From: Candidatus Baldrarchaeota archaeon
Lineage (GTDB): Archaea > Asgardarchaeota > Baldrarchaeia > Baldrarchaeales > DXJG01
DNA length: 32,000 bases
Assembly (NCBI GenBank): GCA_019056805.1
Contig: DXJG01000009.1
Span: 126,015 to 158,014, forward strand
Reading direction: 5' to 3'
The notes below the pieces were generated by a model. It was not told the DNA's origin. It ran no database searches and was given only the letters and a program-made list of their open reading frames with translations. Shown here piece by piece: positions 9,029-18,953 of the stretch. The position numbers were made by a program, and so were the translations under genes. Each line of letters begins with the position of its first letter. Positions within the stretch are counted from its first letter, which is position 1.

Positions 9029-9973
9029 ATGTCTAGCAAGTCTTGTAGATTTTGTTCTAAACCTGCTATCCTGAGAATACGGTACTCCGGGCTTCTAGTA
9101 TGTAAAAAGCATTTTATAGAGTACTTTGAAAAACGAGTGTTTAGAACAATTCAAAAATATAAAATGATACGAGAGGGAGACAAGGTTTTACTTGGACTTA
9201 GTGGGGGAAAAGACAGCATAGCACTTCTCCATATATTTACAAACCTACAAAATACTTTGAAATTTGAAATTCTTCCCCTCTTTATAGATTTAGGAATTCA
9301 ACTTAATAATTACTCTCAGGTTAGCAGCGAAATAGTAAAAAGAAATTGCAAAAAACTTGGACTAGATGTTATCATCGTAAAAATAAAAGACGAATACGGT
9401 TTTTCGATAGATAATGTTTCCGCCAAGAAATTAAGGAGACCTATATGTTCTGTTTGTGGATTAATTAAACGATATGTACTTAACAGAAAAACCCTTGAGT
9501 TATCAGTTAACAAGGTTGCTACTGGTCATAACCTTAATGATGAAGCAACTTTTCTTCTACAAAACATTATAAACACAGACGTTGACTTGTTATCCAAATT
9601 TGGACCTATTCAACCGACACTTGAAGGACTATTTGTAAGCAGGATAAAACCATTTTTCGAAACATATGAAGATGATATATCACTATATGCGACCCTTAAA
9701 AACCTAGAATACGTTGACACAACTTGCCCATACGCCAAAGATGCTTCGACATTGCAACTTAAAACAATTATAGCAAACCTTGAAAATATAAGACCCGGCG
9801 CAGCCCTGGCTATGGTTAAAGGATTCTACAAAAAAATTAAGCCTTTACTTCAAAGTATTAGAGAAGAAAGAGAAGAAAAAATAACTAAATGCAAAATATG
9901 TGGTATGCCAACATCTATGGAAATTTGCTCATTTTGCCGATTGAGAGACAGAATCGCTAAAACAAATTTTTAA
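9029..9973 (+). CDS. ttuA: TtuA/Ncs6(Ctu1)-family tRNA 2-thiolation protein (PP-loop ATPase)
   Basis: N-terminal CxxC..CxxH Zn finger, SGGKDS PP-loop, CSVCG, TGHNLND, CPY, and C-terminal CxxC..CxxC. The ATG at 9029 follows a GGTG SD (track start 9017). Confidence 0.88.
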   Translation: MSSKSCRFCSKPAILRIRYSGLLVCKKHFIEYFEKRVFRTIQKYKMIREGDKVLLGLSGGKDSIALLHIFTNLQNTLKFEILPLFIDLGIQLNNYSQVSSEIVKRNCKKLGLDVIIVKIKDEYGFSIDNVSAKKLRRPICSVCGLIKRYVLNRKTLELSVNKVATGHNLNDEATFLLQNIINTDVDLLSKFGPIQPTLEGLFVSRIKPFFETYEDDISLYATLKNLEYVDTTCPYAKDASTLQLKTIIANLENIRPGAALAMVKGFYKKIKPLLQSIREEREEKITKCKICGMPTSMEICSFCRLRDRIAKTNF

Positions 9974-10251
9974 CCATTTTATAAACGCGATTTTTCTTAA
10001 TATCACTTGTGTTATGATTTAGGATACAAGATAATTAAGAAAACGCGGTTTTTAGATGACGTTTATATTTTTTTTCTTTATACTTTTTCTTTATACACAA
10101 AAGGGAAAAATATAATTATAGTGATTGAAAAAGATGCTATGTCATCTAAGTTAAACTTAATAAGGTACACGTTGTTGAATCGATACACTTTTATTAGATG
10201 AATGAAGTTAGTAGTTGGTCTGAGTGTTAGGATTGCTGGGGGTTTAGCAAC

Positions 10252-10566
10252 ATGACCTCTCTAGTAACTTGGATGGGACTAGTAATTTGTGTACTCATAG
10301 CGGTTGTACTTTACCTTTTAGGGAAAAAAATAGCGCCTCCAAGCGAAGAAAACCCTGAAAAAAGAGCACCCTATGCATGCGGTGAAGATTTTCCACCAGA
10401 AGAGGTCCAAGTATATATTCACAATTTCCACTACATTGCTTTCTTCGTGATTTTTGAAGTCGCGGTTCTTCTTCTGGCATTGTCCATGTATTCCTTCTCC
10501 TTCTTCGCTGTGGCGTTATACGCAATTGTTGTTTTTCTAGCACTTTCTCAAATACCAAGGTGGTAG
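10252..10566 (+). CDS. nuoA: NuoA-like membrane subunit
   Basis: 3 TM helices; loop PYACGE; FFVIFEV matches the NuoA FIIFDVE pattern. Confidence 0.8.
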   Translation: MTSLVTWMGLVICVLIAVVLYLLGKKIAPPSEENPEKRAPYACGEDFPPEEVQVYIHNFHYIAFFVIFEVAVLLLALSMYSFSFFAVALYAIVVFLALSQIPRW

Positions 10567-10568
10567 AA

Positions 10569-11003
10569 ATGGCAGTGTTAAGTAAACTTGTAAAATGGGC
10601 GAGAATAAAGTCTCCTTGGATAATTCATTACAACAGTGGTGGTTGCAACGCATGTGATATTGAAGTTGTTGCTGCATTAACCCCTAGATTTGACGTTGAA
10701 CGTTTCGGTATTCTTCTTAAAGGTAGCCCTAGACACGCTGATGTACTAGTTGTCACTGGGCCAGTAACTAGGCAAACTAAAAATAGACTAATTAGAATCT
10801 ATAATCAAATGGCTGATCCAAAATTTGTACTAGCTGTAGGTACCTGCACTATAACTGGCGGAGTATTTCGTGGAGCCTACGGTGTACTGGGCGGAGTAGA
10901 CGAAGCAATACCAGTTGACGTATTTGTTCCTGGATGTCCACCCAAGCCAGAAGCCATAATTCAAGGAGTTGTAAAACTATTAGAAAAATTGCAGAAAACC
11001 TAA
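10569..11003 (+). CDS. nuoB: Group 4 [NiFe]-hydrogenase small subunit (NuoB homolog)
   Basis: SGGCNACDIE (CxxC), SPRHADVLVVTG, AVGTCTITGG, PGCPPKP. Confidence 0.92.
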   Translation: MAVLSKLVKWARIKSPWIIHYNSGGCNACDIEVVAALTPRFDVERFGILLKGSPRHADVLVVTGPVTRQTKNRLIRIYNQMADPKFVLAVGTCTITGGVFRGAYGVLGGVDEAIPVDVFVPGCPPKPEAIIQGVVKLLEKLQKT

Positions 11004-11017
11004 AATAGGAGGTAAAC

Positions 11018-11491
11018 GTGTTGAGCGAAAGTTTAGAAGTTGAAAAAGAAATCGTTGACGACTTCAAAAAAATTCTAGGGGCAGACTTTATAGACGGACA
11101 AGTTCAACGTAAGGGACGAGTCTACATAAAAGTGAAAACAGACGCTTACAAAAAAGCAATAGAACATGCAGTAGAGAAATGGAATACCTACCATCTATCA
11201 ACCATAAGTGGCGTTGACTTGGGAGAAAACATAGAGCTTCTATATCACTTACTTGATCCAAAAGCCAAAATTACCATTACAATAAGAACAGAGATTCCTA
11301 AATCCGACCCAAAGATTGGAACAGTTTCAGATATACTCCCATCTGCCTTAGTATATGAGAGAGAAGTATACGATCTCTTAGGCGTAATATTTACCGGTCA
11401 CCCAGATCTTAGACGTTTAGTCTTACCTGAAGATTTCCCTGAAGGAGTTCACCCACTTAGAAAGGAGTGGAAACCTGAGGAGGTTAAATAG
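11018..11491 (+). CDS. nuoC: NuoC-like hydrogenase subunit
   Basis: HLSTISGVD and YEREVYDLLGVIFTGHPDLRRLVLPEDFPEGVHPLRKE. Confidence 0.92.
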   Translation: MLSESLEVEKEIVDDFKKILGADFIDGQVQRKGRVYIKVKTDAYKKAIEHAVEKWNTYHLSTISGVDLGENIELLYHLLDPKAKITITIRTEIPKSDPKIGTVSDILPSALVYEREVYDLLGVIFTGHPDLRRLVLPEDFPEGVHPLRKEWKPEEVK

Positions 11492-11493
11492 AA

Positions 11494-12711
11494 ATGAGCG
11501 TTGAAAAAAGAATTTTTAAAATACCTGTTGGCCCACAGCATCCAGCTCTAAAGGAATTTGAACACTTTGTATTTACTGTTGATGGAGAGAGGGTCATAGA
11601 TGTAGGTTTTAGAATAGGTTACACTCACAGAGGCATCGAAAAACTAGCTGAATCAAAAACATATATTCAAAACCTTTATCTCTGTGAAAGAATTTGCGGT
11701 ATTTGTAGTGCGGCTCACCAAGGCTGCTATGCTCAAACCGTTGAAGAACTTGCTGATATTACTGCTCCCCCCAGAGGGACATATATTCGAACATTAATTT
11801 GGGAATTGGAACGTATTCACAGCCACTTATTATGGCTTGGTGTTGCAGCACACGAAATAGGATTTGACACATTATTTATGTTAGTTTGGCGTGATCGAGA
11901 AGTAGTTATGGACCTATTAGAAATGATTTCAGGAAACAGAGTCAACTATGCGATGAGTACTATAGGAGGAGTTCGTAGAGACATATCTGATGAATTAAAA
12001 CATAAAATACTGAAAGGACTAGATATACTTGAGGAAAGAACAAAATATTACAAAGAAGTTTGTATGAAAGAACAAACAATCCTAGCTAGAGCTGCAAATG
12101 TAGGTATATTAACACGAGAACAAGCATTAAAGCTCAACGCGGTCGGTCCAACTGCCCGAGCATCTGGAGTAGACGTAGATCTACGTAGAGACGATCCTTA
12201 TGGAGCATATGATGAAGTACCTTTTAACGTAATAGTTTATGATACATGTGACGTACTTGCCAGAGTTCTAGTGCGAGTTGACGAAACCTTTGAATGTATT
12301 AACATGTGCCGCTGGCTTCTTGAAAACTTACCAGAAGGAGACATAAGAACTAAATTCGCCCGTAAAATTGCCGAAAACGAAGTTGTTGGTAGAGTTGAAG
12401 CACCAAGAGGCGAACTATTCTACTACATAAAGTCTAATGGCACCGATAAACCTGAAAGACTTAAAGTTCGAACACCCACGCTAGCTAACATACTCCCAGT
12501 TTGTGAAATGCTTAAAGGAGGATATATCGCTGACATACCCATTGTACTCGCTGGAATTGATCCATGCTTTGCATGTATGGATCGTGCGCTCTTTATAGAC
12601 GAGAACTCAGAAAAGAAATGGGTGTGGAGTAGGGAACAATTGAGAATATATTCAATTAAGTGGTATAAGGAACATGGCAATGAGGTGGTGAGGGAAAGAT
12701 GGAAACAATAG
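11494..12711 (+). CDS. Group 4 [NiFe]-hydrogenase large subunit (NuoD/EchE/MbhL homolog)
   Basis: GPQHPAL, GYTHRGIEK; intact L1 motif ERICGICSAAH and L2 motif DPCFACMDR, giving four Ni/Fe-ligating Cys; EAPRGE. Confidence 0.93.
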   Translation: MSVEKRIFKIPVGPQHPALKEFEHFVFTVDGERVIDVGFRIGYTHRGIEKLAESKTYIQNLYLCERICGICSAAHQGCYAQTVEELADITAPPRGTYIRTLIWELERIHSHLLWLGVAAHEIGFDTLFMLVWRDREVVMDLLEMISGNRVNYAMSTIGGVRRDISDELKHKILKGLDILEERTKYYKEVCMKEQTILARAANVGILTREQALKLNAVGPTARASGVDVDLRRDDPYGAYDEVPFNVIVYDTCDVLARVLVRVDETFECINMCRWLLENLPEGDIRTKFARKIAENEVVGRVEAPRGELFYYIKSNGTDKPERLKVRTPTLANILPVCEMLKGGYIADIPIVLAGIDPCFACMDRALFIDENSEKKWVWSREQLRIYSIKWYKEHGNEVVRERWKQ

Positions 12712-13694
12712 AGTTACTTATTCTTCTCCTTAAATTTATAGTATTTCCCGGAGCCATTTTCTGTATAGCATACGGTTTCTTCCTAGAGTGGTTCGATAGA
12801 AAACTTTACGCTAAATTCCAAAACAGAATCGGACCTTTACTCACAGGACCAAAAGGGTTACTTCAACCATTTGCAGACTTCGTTAAATTATTAGCAAAAG
12901 AGGATATTACACCAGTTGGTGCTGATAAACTCGGGTTCACACTCACTCCCCTACTAACTGTCGCTGTTTCACTGTTCACATTACTGTTCATTCCAATCCA
13001 CTCATTAACAGGAGTACTAAGTTTACCAGGAGATGTTCTACTTGTTTTGTTCATCTCAACCGTATTTGGACTGCTAATCATGTTTGCTGGATACTTCTCT
13101 GGTAATAGATTCTCCATGGTAGGAACAGAGAGAACTGGGCTTCAATTTGTTGGATATGAGATACCCTTTGCTCTTTCCGTTATTTCTGTAGCAGCCGCCG
13201 CGAGAAGCTTAGAAATCACCAACATAGTTAATTACCAAGTCAACATACTCGGTTTACCTTTAATAGTCTTCACTCCCATAGCATTTGCCATATATCTTAT
13301 AAGCGCACTAGCAAAACTAGAAAAAATACCATTTGACATCCCAGAAGCGGAAACAGAGATCGTAGGTGGATGGCAAGTAGAATACAGTGGAAAGAAACTA
13401 GCATTCTTCAGACTTGCCACAGATTTAAAAATGGTCTTTGTCTCAGGACTTGCCGCAGCACTGTTTCTCGGGGGACCATATGGCCCTTCAATTCCAGGCT
13501 TAGAACCAATATTCTACACTATCTGGTTTATCATAAAAACATTAATTGTAATGTTCATATTAAGTAACCTTAGATCGCTTTTCGCCAGATACAGAATAGA
13601 CCAAGTAGTTCATGGATTCTGGAAATACATGGTACCATTAGCAGTATTACAAATCTTAATTGTTGAAGGTCTCATATTTATGGGGGTAATCTAA
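12699..13694 (+). CDS. nuoH: NuoH-like membrane anchor subunit
   Basis: RKLYAKFQNRIGP, QPFADFVKLLAKE, KIPFDIPEAETEIVGGWQVEYSG. Confidence 0.93.
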   Translation: METIELLILLLKFIVFPGAIFCIAYGFFLEWFDRKLYAKFQNRIGPLLTGPKGLLQPFADFVKLLAKEDITPVGADKLGFTLTPLLTVAVSLFTLLFIPIHSLTGVLSLPGDVLLVLFISTVFGLLIMFAGYFSGNRFSMVGTERTGLQFVGYEIPFALSVISVAAAARSLEITNIVNYQVNILGLPLIVFTPIAFAIYLISALAKLEKIPFDIPEAETEIVGGWQVEYSGKKLAFFRLATDLKMVFVSGLAAALFLGGPYGPSIPGLEPIFYTIWFIIKTLIVMFILSNLRSLFARYRIDQVVHGFWKYMVPLAVLQILIVEGLIFMGVI

Positions 13695-13695
13695 A

Positions 13696-14049
13696 ATGCC
13701 GCTTCCTGGAGCTATGGAAAAAGAATTAATAAAACTTATAGCAAAAAAACCTGCTACAGAAATGTATCCTTTTATTAAAGTAGAACCTCCAGAAGGATAT
13801 CGTGGAAAAATTTCGTTCGACATAGAAAAATGTATCGGCTGTGGTCTTTGCGCCAAAGACTGTCCAGCTGGAGCCATTGAAATGGTAGAAGATGAAAGAA
13901 CAAAACTCAAAAAACGACCAAAATTCATCTATAGTAGATGCCTATTCTGCGCACAGTGCGAAGAATCCTGTCCACGTAAAGCCATAAAACTAACAAAAGA
14001 ATTCGAGCTAGCAGATTACAACAAAGAAGCCATGGTAATCGATGTCTAA
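13696..14049 (+). CDS. nuoI: NuoI-like 2x[4Fe-4S] subunit
   Basis: MYPF...YRGK, CIGCGLCAKDCP and CLFCAQCEESCP. Confidence 0.92.
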   Translation: MPLPGAMEKELIKLIAKKPATEMYPFIKVEPPEGYRGKISFDIEKCIGCGLCAKDCPAGAIEMVEDERTKLKKRPKFIYSRCLFCAQCEESCPRKAIKLTKEFELADYNKEAMVIDV

Positions 14050-14147
14050 CGTAAAATATATTTTAAATATTTTCTCTTTTTGTCATAGCAAAAAATAAAG
14101 AATATATAATACAAAACAAAAAGAGGAGAATAGATAAATTAACTTCT

Positions 14148-15521
14148 CTAGTACTTCTTAAGTACTTCTTCTTCTGGTGGTGGCGGCGGAATTAAGCCTT
14201 CCTTCATTAAGAGACGAACAGATTCTCGAGCATTTTTGATAATGGTAGTAGCCCTTTCCCATAATTCTTGCTTACTTGGTTTAACTCTAGCTACTCCTTC
14301 TTTAATGGATTGTAGTGCACAAGCAACAGCTTCTCTCGGATAAACTTCCCACTCTTCCATCGTAGGTACAATGTAATCTTCATGAATACCTTTTTCTTCA
14401 GCAAATTCAGCCAACGCTTTTGCAGCTGCAATACACATATCATCAGTGATTGTCCTAGCTTTTACATCTAAAACTCCTCTAAATATGCCTGGGAATCCAA
14501 GTGAGTTGTTAATCTGGTTTGGAAAGTCTGATCTACCTGTTGCAACGATTCTAGCTCCTGCCTCTTTTGCTTCCCAAGGCCATATTTCAGGTATAGGATT
14601 CGCACATGCAAACACTATGGCATCATCTGCCATACTACTAACCCATTCAGGCTTTATTACACCGGGCCCAGGTTGAGACATGGCTATACAGACATCTACA
14701 CCTTTCATTGCCTCTGCAATTCCACCTTCCCTGCCTTCAGCATTAGTTTTAACACACATCTCCCATTTCCATGGATTTTCGTCCTTCCTTGCTTCAACGT
14801 CCTTCCTATTTGAATGCAATATTCCCTTACTATCAACCATGAAGATGTTTCCAGGTTTAACTCCTGCCTTTATAAGAACAACTGCAGTTCTATAGTTAGC
14901 TGCACCAGCTCCAATCATTGCAACCGTAATCTCGTCCATTTTCTTACCTACTATTTTTAGAGCATTTATTAACCCGGCGAGTGCTACTGTTGCAGTCCCT
15001 TGCTGATCATCATGCCAAACAGGAATATTAAGCTCTTCACGAGCTTTTTCAAGTATATGGAAACATTTTGGCTTCGCTATATCTTCTAAGTTAATTCCAC
15101 CAAATGTTGGTTCAAGCCATTTAAGCGCCGTTATGATTTCATCAGGATCTTTTGTTCCCAAACAGATTGGAAAAGCATCGACTCCACCTAAATATTTGAA
15201 AAGTATTGCTTTACCTTCCATAACAGGCATGGCAGCTTCAGGGCCAATATCACCCAGTCCAAGTACCCTAGTTCCATCACTTACAACTGCCACAAAATTC
15301 CACCTATTAGTATATTCAAAAGACAATTCTGGATCTTTGTGGATTTCTCTACATGGCGCAGCAACCCCAGGAGTGTACCAGATTGCGAAATCGAACATAT
15401 TTCTTATAACACACTTTGGCATTACTTGCAGTTTTCCTTCGTAGAATGGATGGTATGCCATTGCCAATTTTGCTGGTTTTTTAGCTTTCTCAAGAAGTTC
15501 CTCAACTGTTAATTTCTTCAT
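14148..15521 (-). CDS. NAD(P)-dependent malic enzyme
   Basis: YTPGVAAPC, VSDGTRVLGLGDIGP, PVMEGKA, INLEDI, HDDQQGTA, GAGAA, ATGRSDFPNQINN. Confidence 0.95.
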   Translation of the reverse strand: MKKLTVEELLEKAKKPAKLAMAYHPFYEGKLQVMPKCVIRNMFDFAIWYTPGVAAPCREIHKDPELSFEYTNRWNFVAVVSDGTRVLGLGDIGPEAAMPVMEGKAILFKYLGGVDAFPICLGTKDPDEIITALKWLEPTFGGINLEDIAKPKCFHILEKAREELNIPVWHDDQQGTATVALAGLINALKIVGKKMDEITVAMIGAGAANYRTAVVLIKAGVKPGNIFMVDSKGILHSNRKDVEARKDENPWKWEMCVKTNAEGREGGIAEAMKGVDVCIAMSQPGPGVIKPEWVSSMADDAIVFACANPIPEIWPWEAKEAGARIVATGRSDFPNQINNSLGFPGIFRGVLDVKARTITDDMCIAAAKALAEFAEEKGIHEDYIVPTMEEWEVYPREAVACALQSIKEGVARVKPSKQELWERATTIIKNARESVRLLMKEGLIPPPPPEEEVLKKY

Positions 15522-15984
15522 TTTAAGCCCACCTCATTAGAAAGTAGTCGTATTTGTTTTTAAACTTTTCATACGGGGTTTACATGGTTGTATTTTCCTT
15601 TTACTTGTTTATTTTTGCTTTGAAATTTTATGGTGGTTTTAAATGGAGAATTATGAATATAAGTGTTTCTTTGATATTTTGGTTTAAATCCATGGATTTC
15701 ATCAAAAATTATTGTAAAATTTCATTGTCTAAATTCAAATTAGACTAGGTATGCTTAAACAGTTAATTTGATAATTTTAAGCAATACTTTCGATACTCTA
15801 TTTAGCATTACATTTTGAAAGAAGAATCCTAGCGGGCTATATACTAAATAAGCTTCATGTTTCGGAGAGCCCTTACTCAAGGAGAATAAACTAATCATCA
15901 TTTCGAAAAAGAAATGGAGGATAAGCCTTCGAAAAGTACTATTAATTTTGTGAGGATTATCCAAAGTCGCCTAAACTCTTATCC

Positions 15985-16353
15985 TTATATTTTTTCATTC
16001 CCAAACCACGTATATAGTAGAAATACTAAAACCACAGTTGCTAAGAACAAATCCATAATACCAAACGGATATATTGTATGAGCTTCAATCATTGTTTCTA
16101 TGCTCAATATCATGGCAAAAACAATTCCCCATTTTTTCATCGACCATGTCGCATAGCCTGCAACTAATCTAGAAAAACCATAAATGGCAGAAAGCGCCGC
16201 CATAAAAATTATTTTTCCTTGGTTATCCTGAAAACCTGCAATAGCAAGGAGTTCACTAGGTAAACTAAGCAACATCACGACACCAGTTATTTCAATAAAA
16301 CCGTGAACAAAAAGCATTACAGAAGCTATTTTTATGCTAGTTTGTTTATCCAT
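15985..16353 (-). CDS. Hypothetical 4-TM membrane protein
   Basis: 122 aa with four hydrophobic segments; GGAGGTGAG SD upstream. Confidence 0.7.
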   Translation of the reverse strand: MDKQTSIKIASVMLFVHGFIEITGVVMLLSLPSELLAIAGFQDNQGKIIFMAALSAIYGFSRLVAGYATWSMKKWGIVFAMILSIETMIEAHTIYPFGIMDLFLATVVLVFLLYTWFGNEKI

Positions 16354-16569
16354 GTACTCACCTCCTCTATAATTGATTAATTTTAATTATGATACCCTTA
16401 AGTTTAAAATATCGGGGTAAAAGTGTTTGTATACTTATAATCTTCATTGTCTTTTCTTAAATCTTAATTCAATACTAATCTACATACCATCTAATAGCTT
16501 TAAAGGACCGTTTACTCTTGTATTTCAATCTCTCTCAATACGAACCCGTGTTTTTTAGAGGTGATGTTA

Positions 16570-17370
16570 TCATCTAACCAAAAAAGAATAGTATTCTGGT
16601 CGTCTATCCTTTATGAGGTCATTGTAAGGTGTAATCTTTTTGTTTCTAGCCAATTCTATATTTATTTCAGCTATTACGATTTCTTCTTTACTTTTACTTC
16701 CTTTAGCTAAGACGTTTCCTTTTACATCTGTTATCTGACTTTGACCAGTGAACGTTAAATCTCTTTCTTTACCTACTCTATTTGCTGTTATTGTGAATAC
16801 ATGGTTTTCAAGAGATCTTATCTGCATTGCCTTTTGACCATATGGTAAAACTAAATTTGCAGGATGACATATAATTTCAGCGCCTTTTAAAGTAAGAATT
16901 CTCGTAACTTCTGGAAACGCCCAATCAAAACAGATCATGACACCAAAGCTAAAATTATCTTCCCTAATAGCTTCTATAGGTGTATCTCCAGGTTGAAATA
17001 TTAGCTTCTCTTTGGCAAATAAGTGAAGTTTCCTATACTTTCCAATATATCCCTTTGGACCTAAAATAACAGCCGAATTATACAATTTTTCTTGATCTTT
17101 TTCATTTATTCCACCTATAATCCACGTAGAGTGTCTTTTAGCTATTTTTTCCCACTCTTTTACTGTTGGTCCATAAGGCACTGGCTCTGAGCAATCCAAT
17201 GCTTGTTGTTTATTTTCAAAATTATAGCCAGAGTTAGATAATTCAGGAAGAACTAAAAGCCTCGCACCTTTCTCAATAGCTTTCTCTATAAATGTACACG
17301 TTTTAACGAGATTTTCCTCCAAATCTCCCAGCTTAGGTGATATTTGTATTGCAGCAACACATAACTTCAT
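16570..17370 (-). CDS. Carbon-nitrogen hydrolase (nitrilase family)
   Basis: Catalytic triad in LPEL (Glu), YRKLHLF (Lys) and ICFDW (Cys); ANRVG. Confidence 0.92.
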   Translation of the reverse strand: MKLCVAAIQISPKLGDLEENLVKTCTFIEKAIEKGARLLVLPELSNSGYNFENKQQALDCSEPVPYGPTVKEWEKIAKRHSTWIIGGINEKDQEKLYNSAVILGPKGYIGKYRKLHLFAKEKLIFQPGDTPIEAIREDNFSFGVMICFDWAFPEVTRILTLKGAEIICHPANLVLPYGQKAMQIRSLENHVFTITANRVGKERDLTFTGQSQITDVKGNVLAKGSKSKEEIVIAEINIELARNKKITPYNDLIKDRRPEYYSFLVR

Positions 17371-17737
17371 TTCTATTCCCTCTAGATTTTCTAATACTTA
17401 TTTTTGCATCCGAATCGTAATCGCTATATTACTGTTTCATCTCTTAAAAGATGCTACTATCATTCAAAAACAATTTAACTAACTTTAATATTATGCTAAT
17501 TAACATCTTAAGAGGATAATTACAACATGAAAATAACAGAAAAACACTTTAATCGCTAAAAACAAGAGTAAAAGGTTTCATCAGGTGTAACTAAAAACTA
17601 AAACAAATCATAAATTATAAAAGACTACTAAAAATGCTTAAAGAAAAATACGCCAGATTTATCTCAACAAATAAACATCAGTAAAAGTAAAACGGGACTT
17701 TAAAATTTTATTAAGTTCCAAATAGAGAGGAAGAATC

Positions 17738-18745
17738 ATGCTATCATCTAGTGAAGATTTAGCTAAGCTAGTTAGAGAAATTCGAGACTTCATAGGTGTA
17801 GTTAGAAAAGAACCAATCGTTAAAGTTACATCAAGGCTTGTAACAACCCTTAATTTTTCCTCCGCAAGAATTCTAAAAAGTTTCGGAGAAGACTGTGCTA
17901 TCATGCAACTTGATAACAGCGACAAACTTCTACTTTTCGCCACCGATGGTATTTGGCATAAACTTATAGAGGCAGACCCCTATTTTGCAGGTTATTGCTC
18001 CGTCCTTGTAAATGTAAATGATATTGTAGCAAAAGGTGGCAGAGCGATTGCACTCGTTGATGTTCTAGGATTATCCAACCAAGAAGAACTTAATAAAATC
18101 ATAGACGGAATCATTGCCGGATGTAAAAAATTCGGAGTTGCATGCGTAGGCGGTCATCTACACCCAGATAGCCCAATAGCATCAATTTCCGTTGCAATAA
18201 TAGGTACAGTACACAAAGAACACGTAATTTTCAGCGACACTGCAAATACAGGCGACTTAATAATTTTTGCCATAGATCTCGATGGAACATTTCACCCTAA
18301 GTTTAAACTCGCATGGGACACCACATCACATAAATCTCCTAAAAAAGTACAAGAGAAGTTCGAAGCGATTTTTCAAATAGCCGAAGAAAAACTTGCAACA
18401 GCATGCAAAGACATGAGCAACCCAGGTCCAATAGGAACCTTAGCTATGCTTCTCGAAGCAAGCAATGTCGGAGGGAAAATCGAAATCGAAAAAATACCAA
18501 AACCAGAAGATATAGAAATATCTAGGTGGGTTAAAATATATCCTGGTTTCGGAATGGTCCTAACTTCCAGTAAAGATACTTCTAAAAAATGTATCAAAAT
18601 GCTTGAAGATCACGGTATTTCTGCATCGATTGTAGGTAAGGTTATTCAAGAAAGACGTCTTGTTATTGGCGCTAACGATACCTATGTTCCTGTTTTTGAT
18701 TTTTCAAAGGATAATATCTCAGGAAAACCCCGTCTCAAAGAATAG
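17738..18745 (+). CDS. AIR-synthase/PurM-like superfamily protein, methanogenesis marker protein 2-like
   Basis: SFGEDCA, DGIWHKLIEADPYFAGYCSVLVNVNDIVAKGG, GGHLHPD, ACKDMSNPG, YPGFG. Confidence 0.8.
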   Translation: MLSSSEDLAKLVREIRDFIGVVRKEPIVKVTSRLVTTLNFSSARILKSFGEDCAIMQLDNSDKLLLFATDGIWHKLIEADPYFAGYCSVLVNVNDIVAKGGRAIALVDVLGLSNQEELNKIIDGIIAGCKKFGVACVGGHLHPDSPIASISVAIIGTVHKEHVIFSDTANTGDLIIFAIDLDGTFHPKFKLAWDTTSHKSPKKVQEKFEAIFQIAEEKLATACKDMSNPGPIGTLAMLLEASNVGGKIEIEKIPKPEDIEISRWVKIYPGFGMVLTSSKDTSKKCIKMLEDHGISASIVGKVIQERRLVIGANDTYVPVFDFSKDNISGKPRLKE

Positions 18746-18797
18746 ATCTAAATATTAAAGCGAAATTAACTATAAATAGTAAGTAAAACTTTATTGA

Positions 18798-18897
<100 letters not shown>

Positions 18898-18953
18898 ATA
18901 ATAATTTAGATATATAAATCCTCTACAATGGTATTTCTGGTCTGATTTCATGG

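Noticed and set aside
10007-10201. 64-aa ORF upstream of nuoA
   Set aside because: AT-rich intergenic composition with T-tracts, no SD and no motif; more likely a terminator/promoter region.
15554-15964. ORFs 15554-15748 and 15755-15964 in the gap upstream of malic enzyme
   Set aside because: Phe/Ile-rich translations typical of AT-rich noncoding DNA, with no SD and no transposase or other motif. A decayed gene cannot be excluded but is unsupported.
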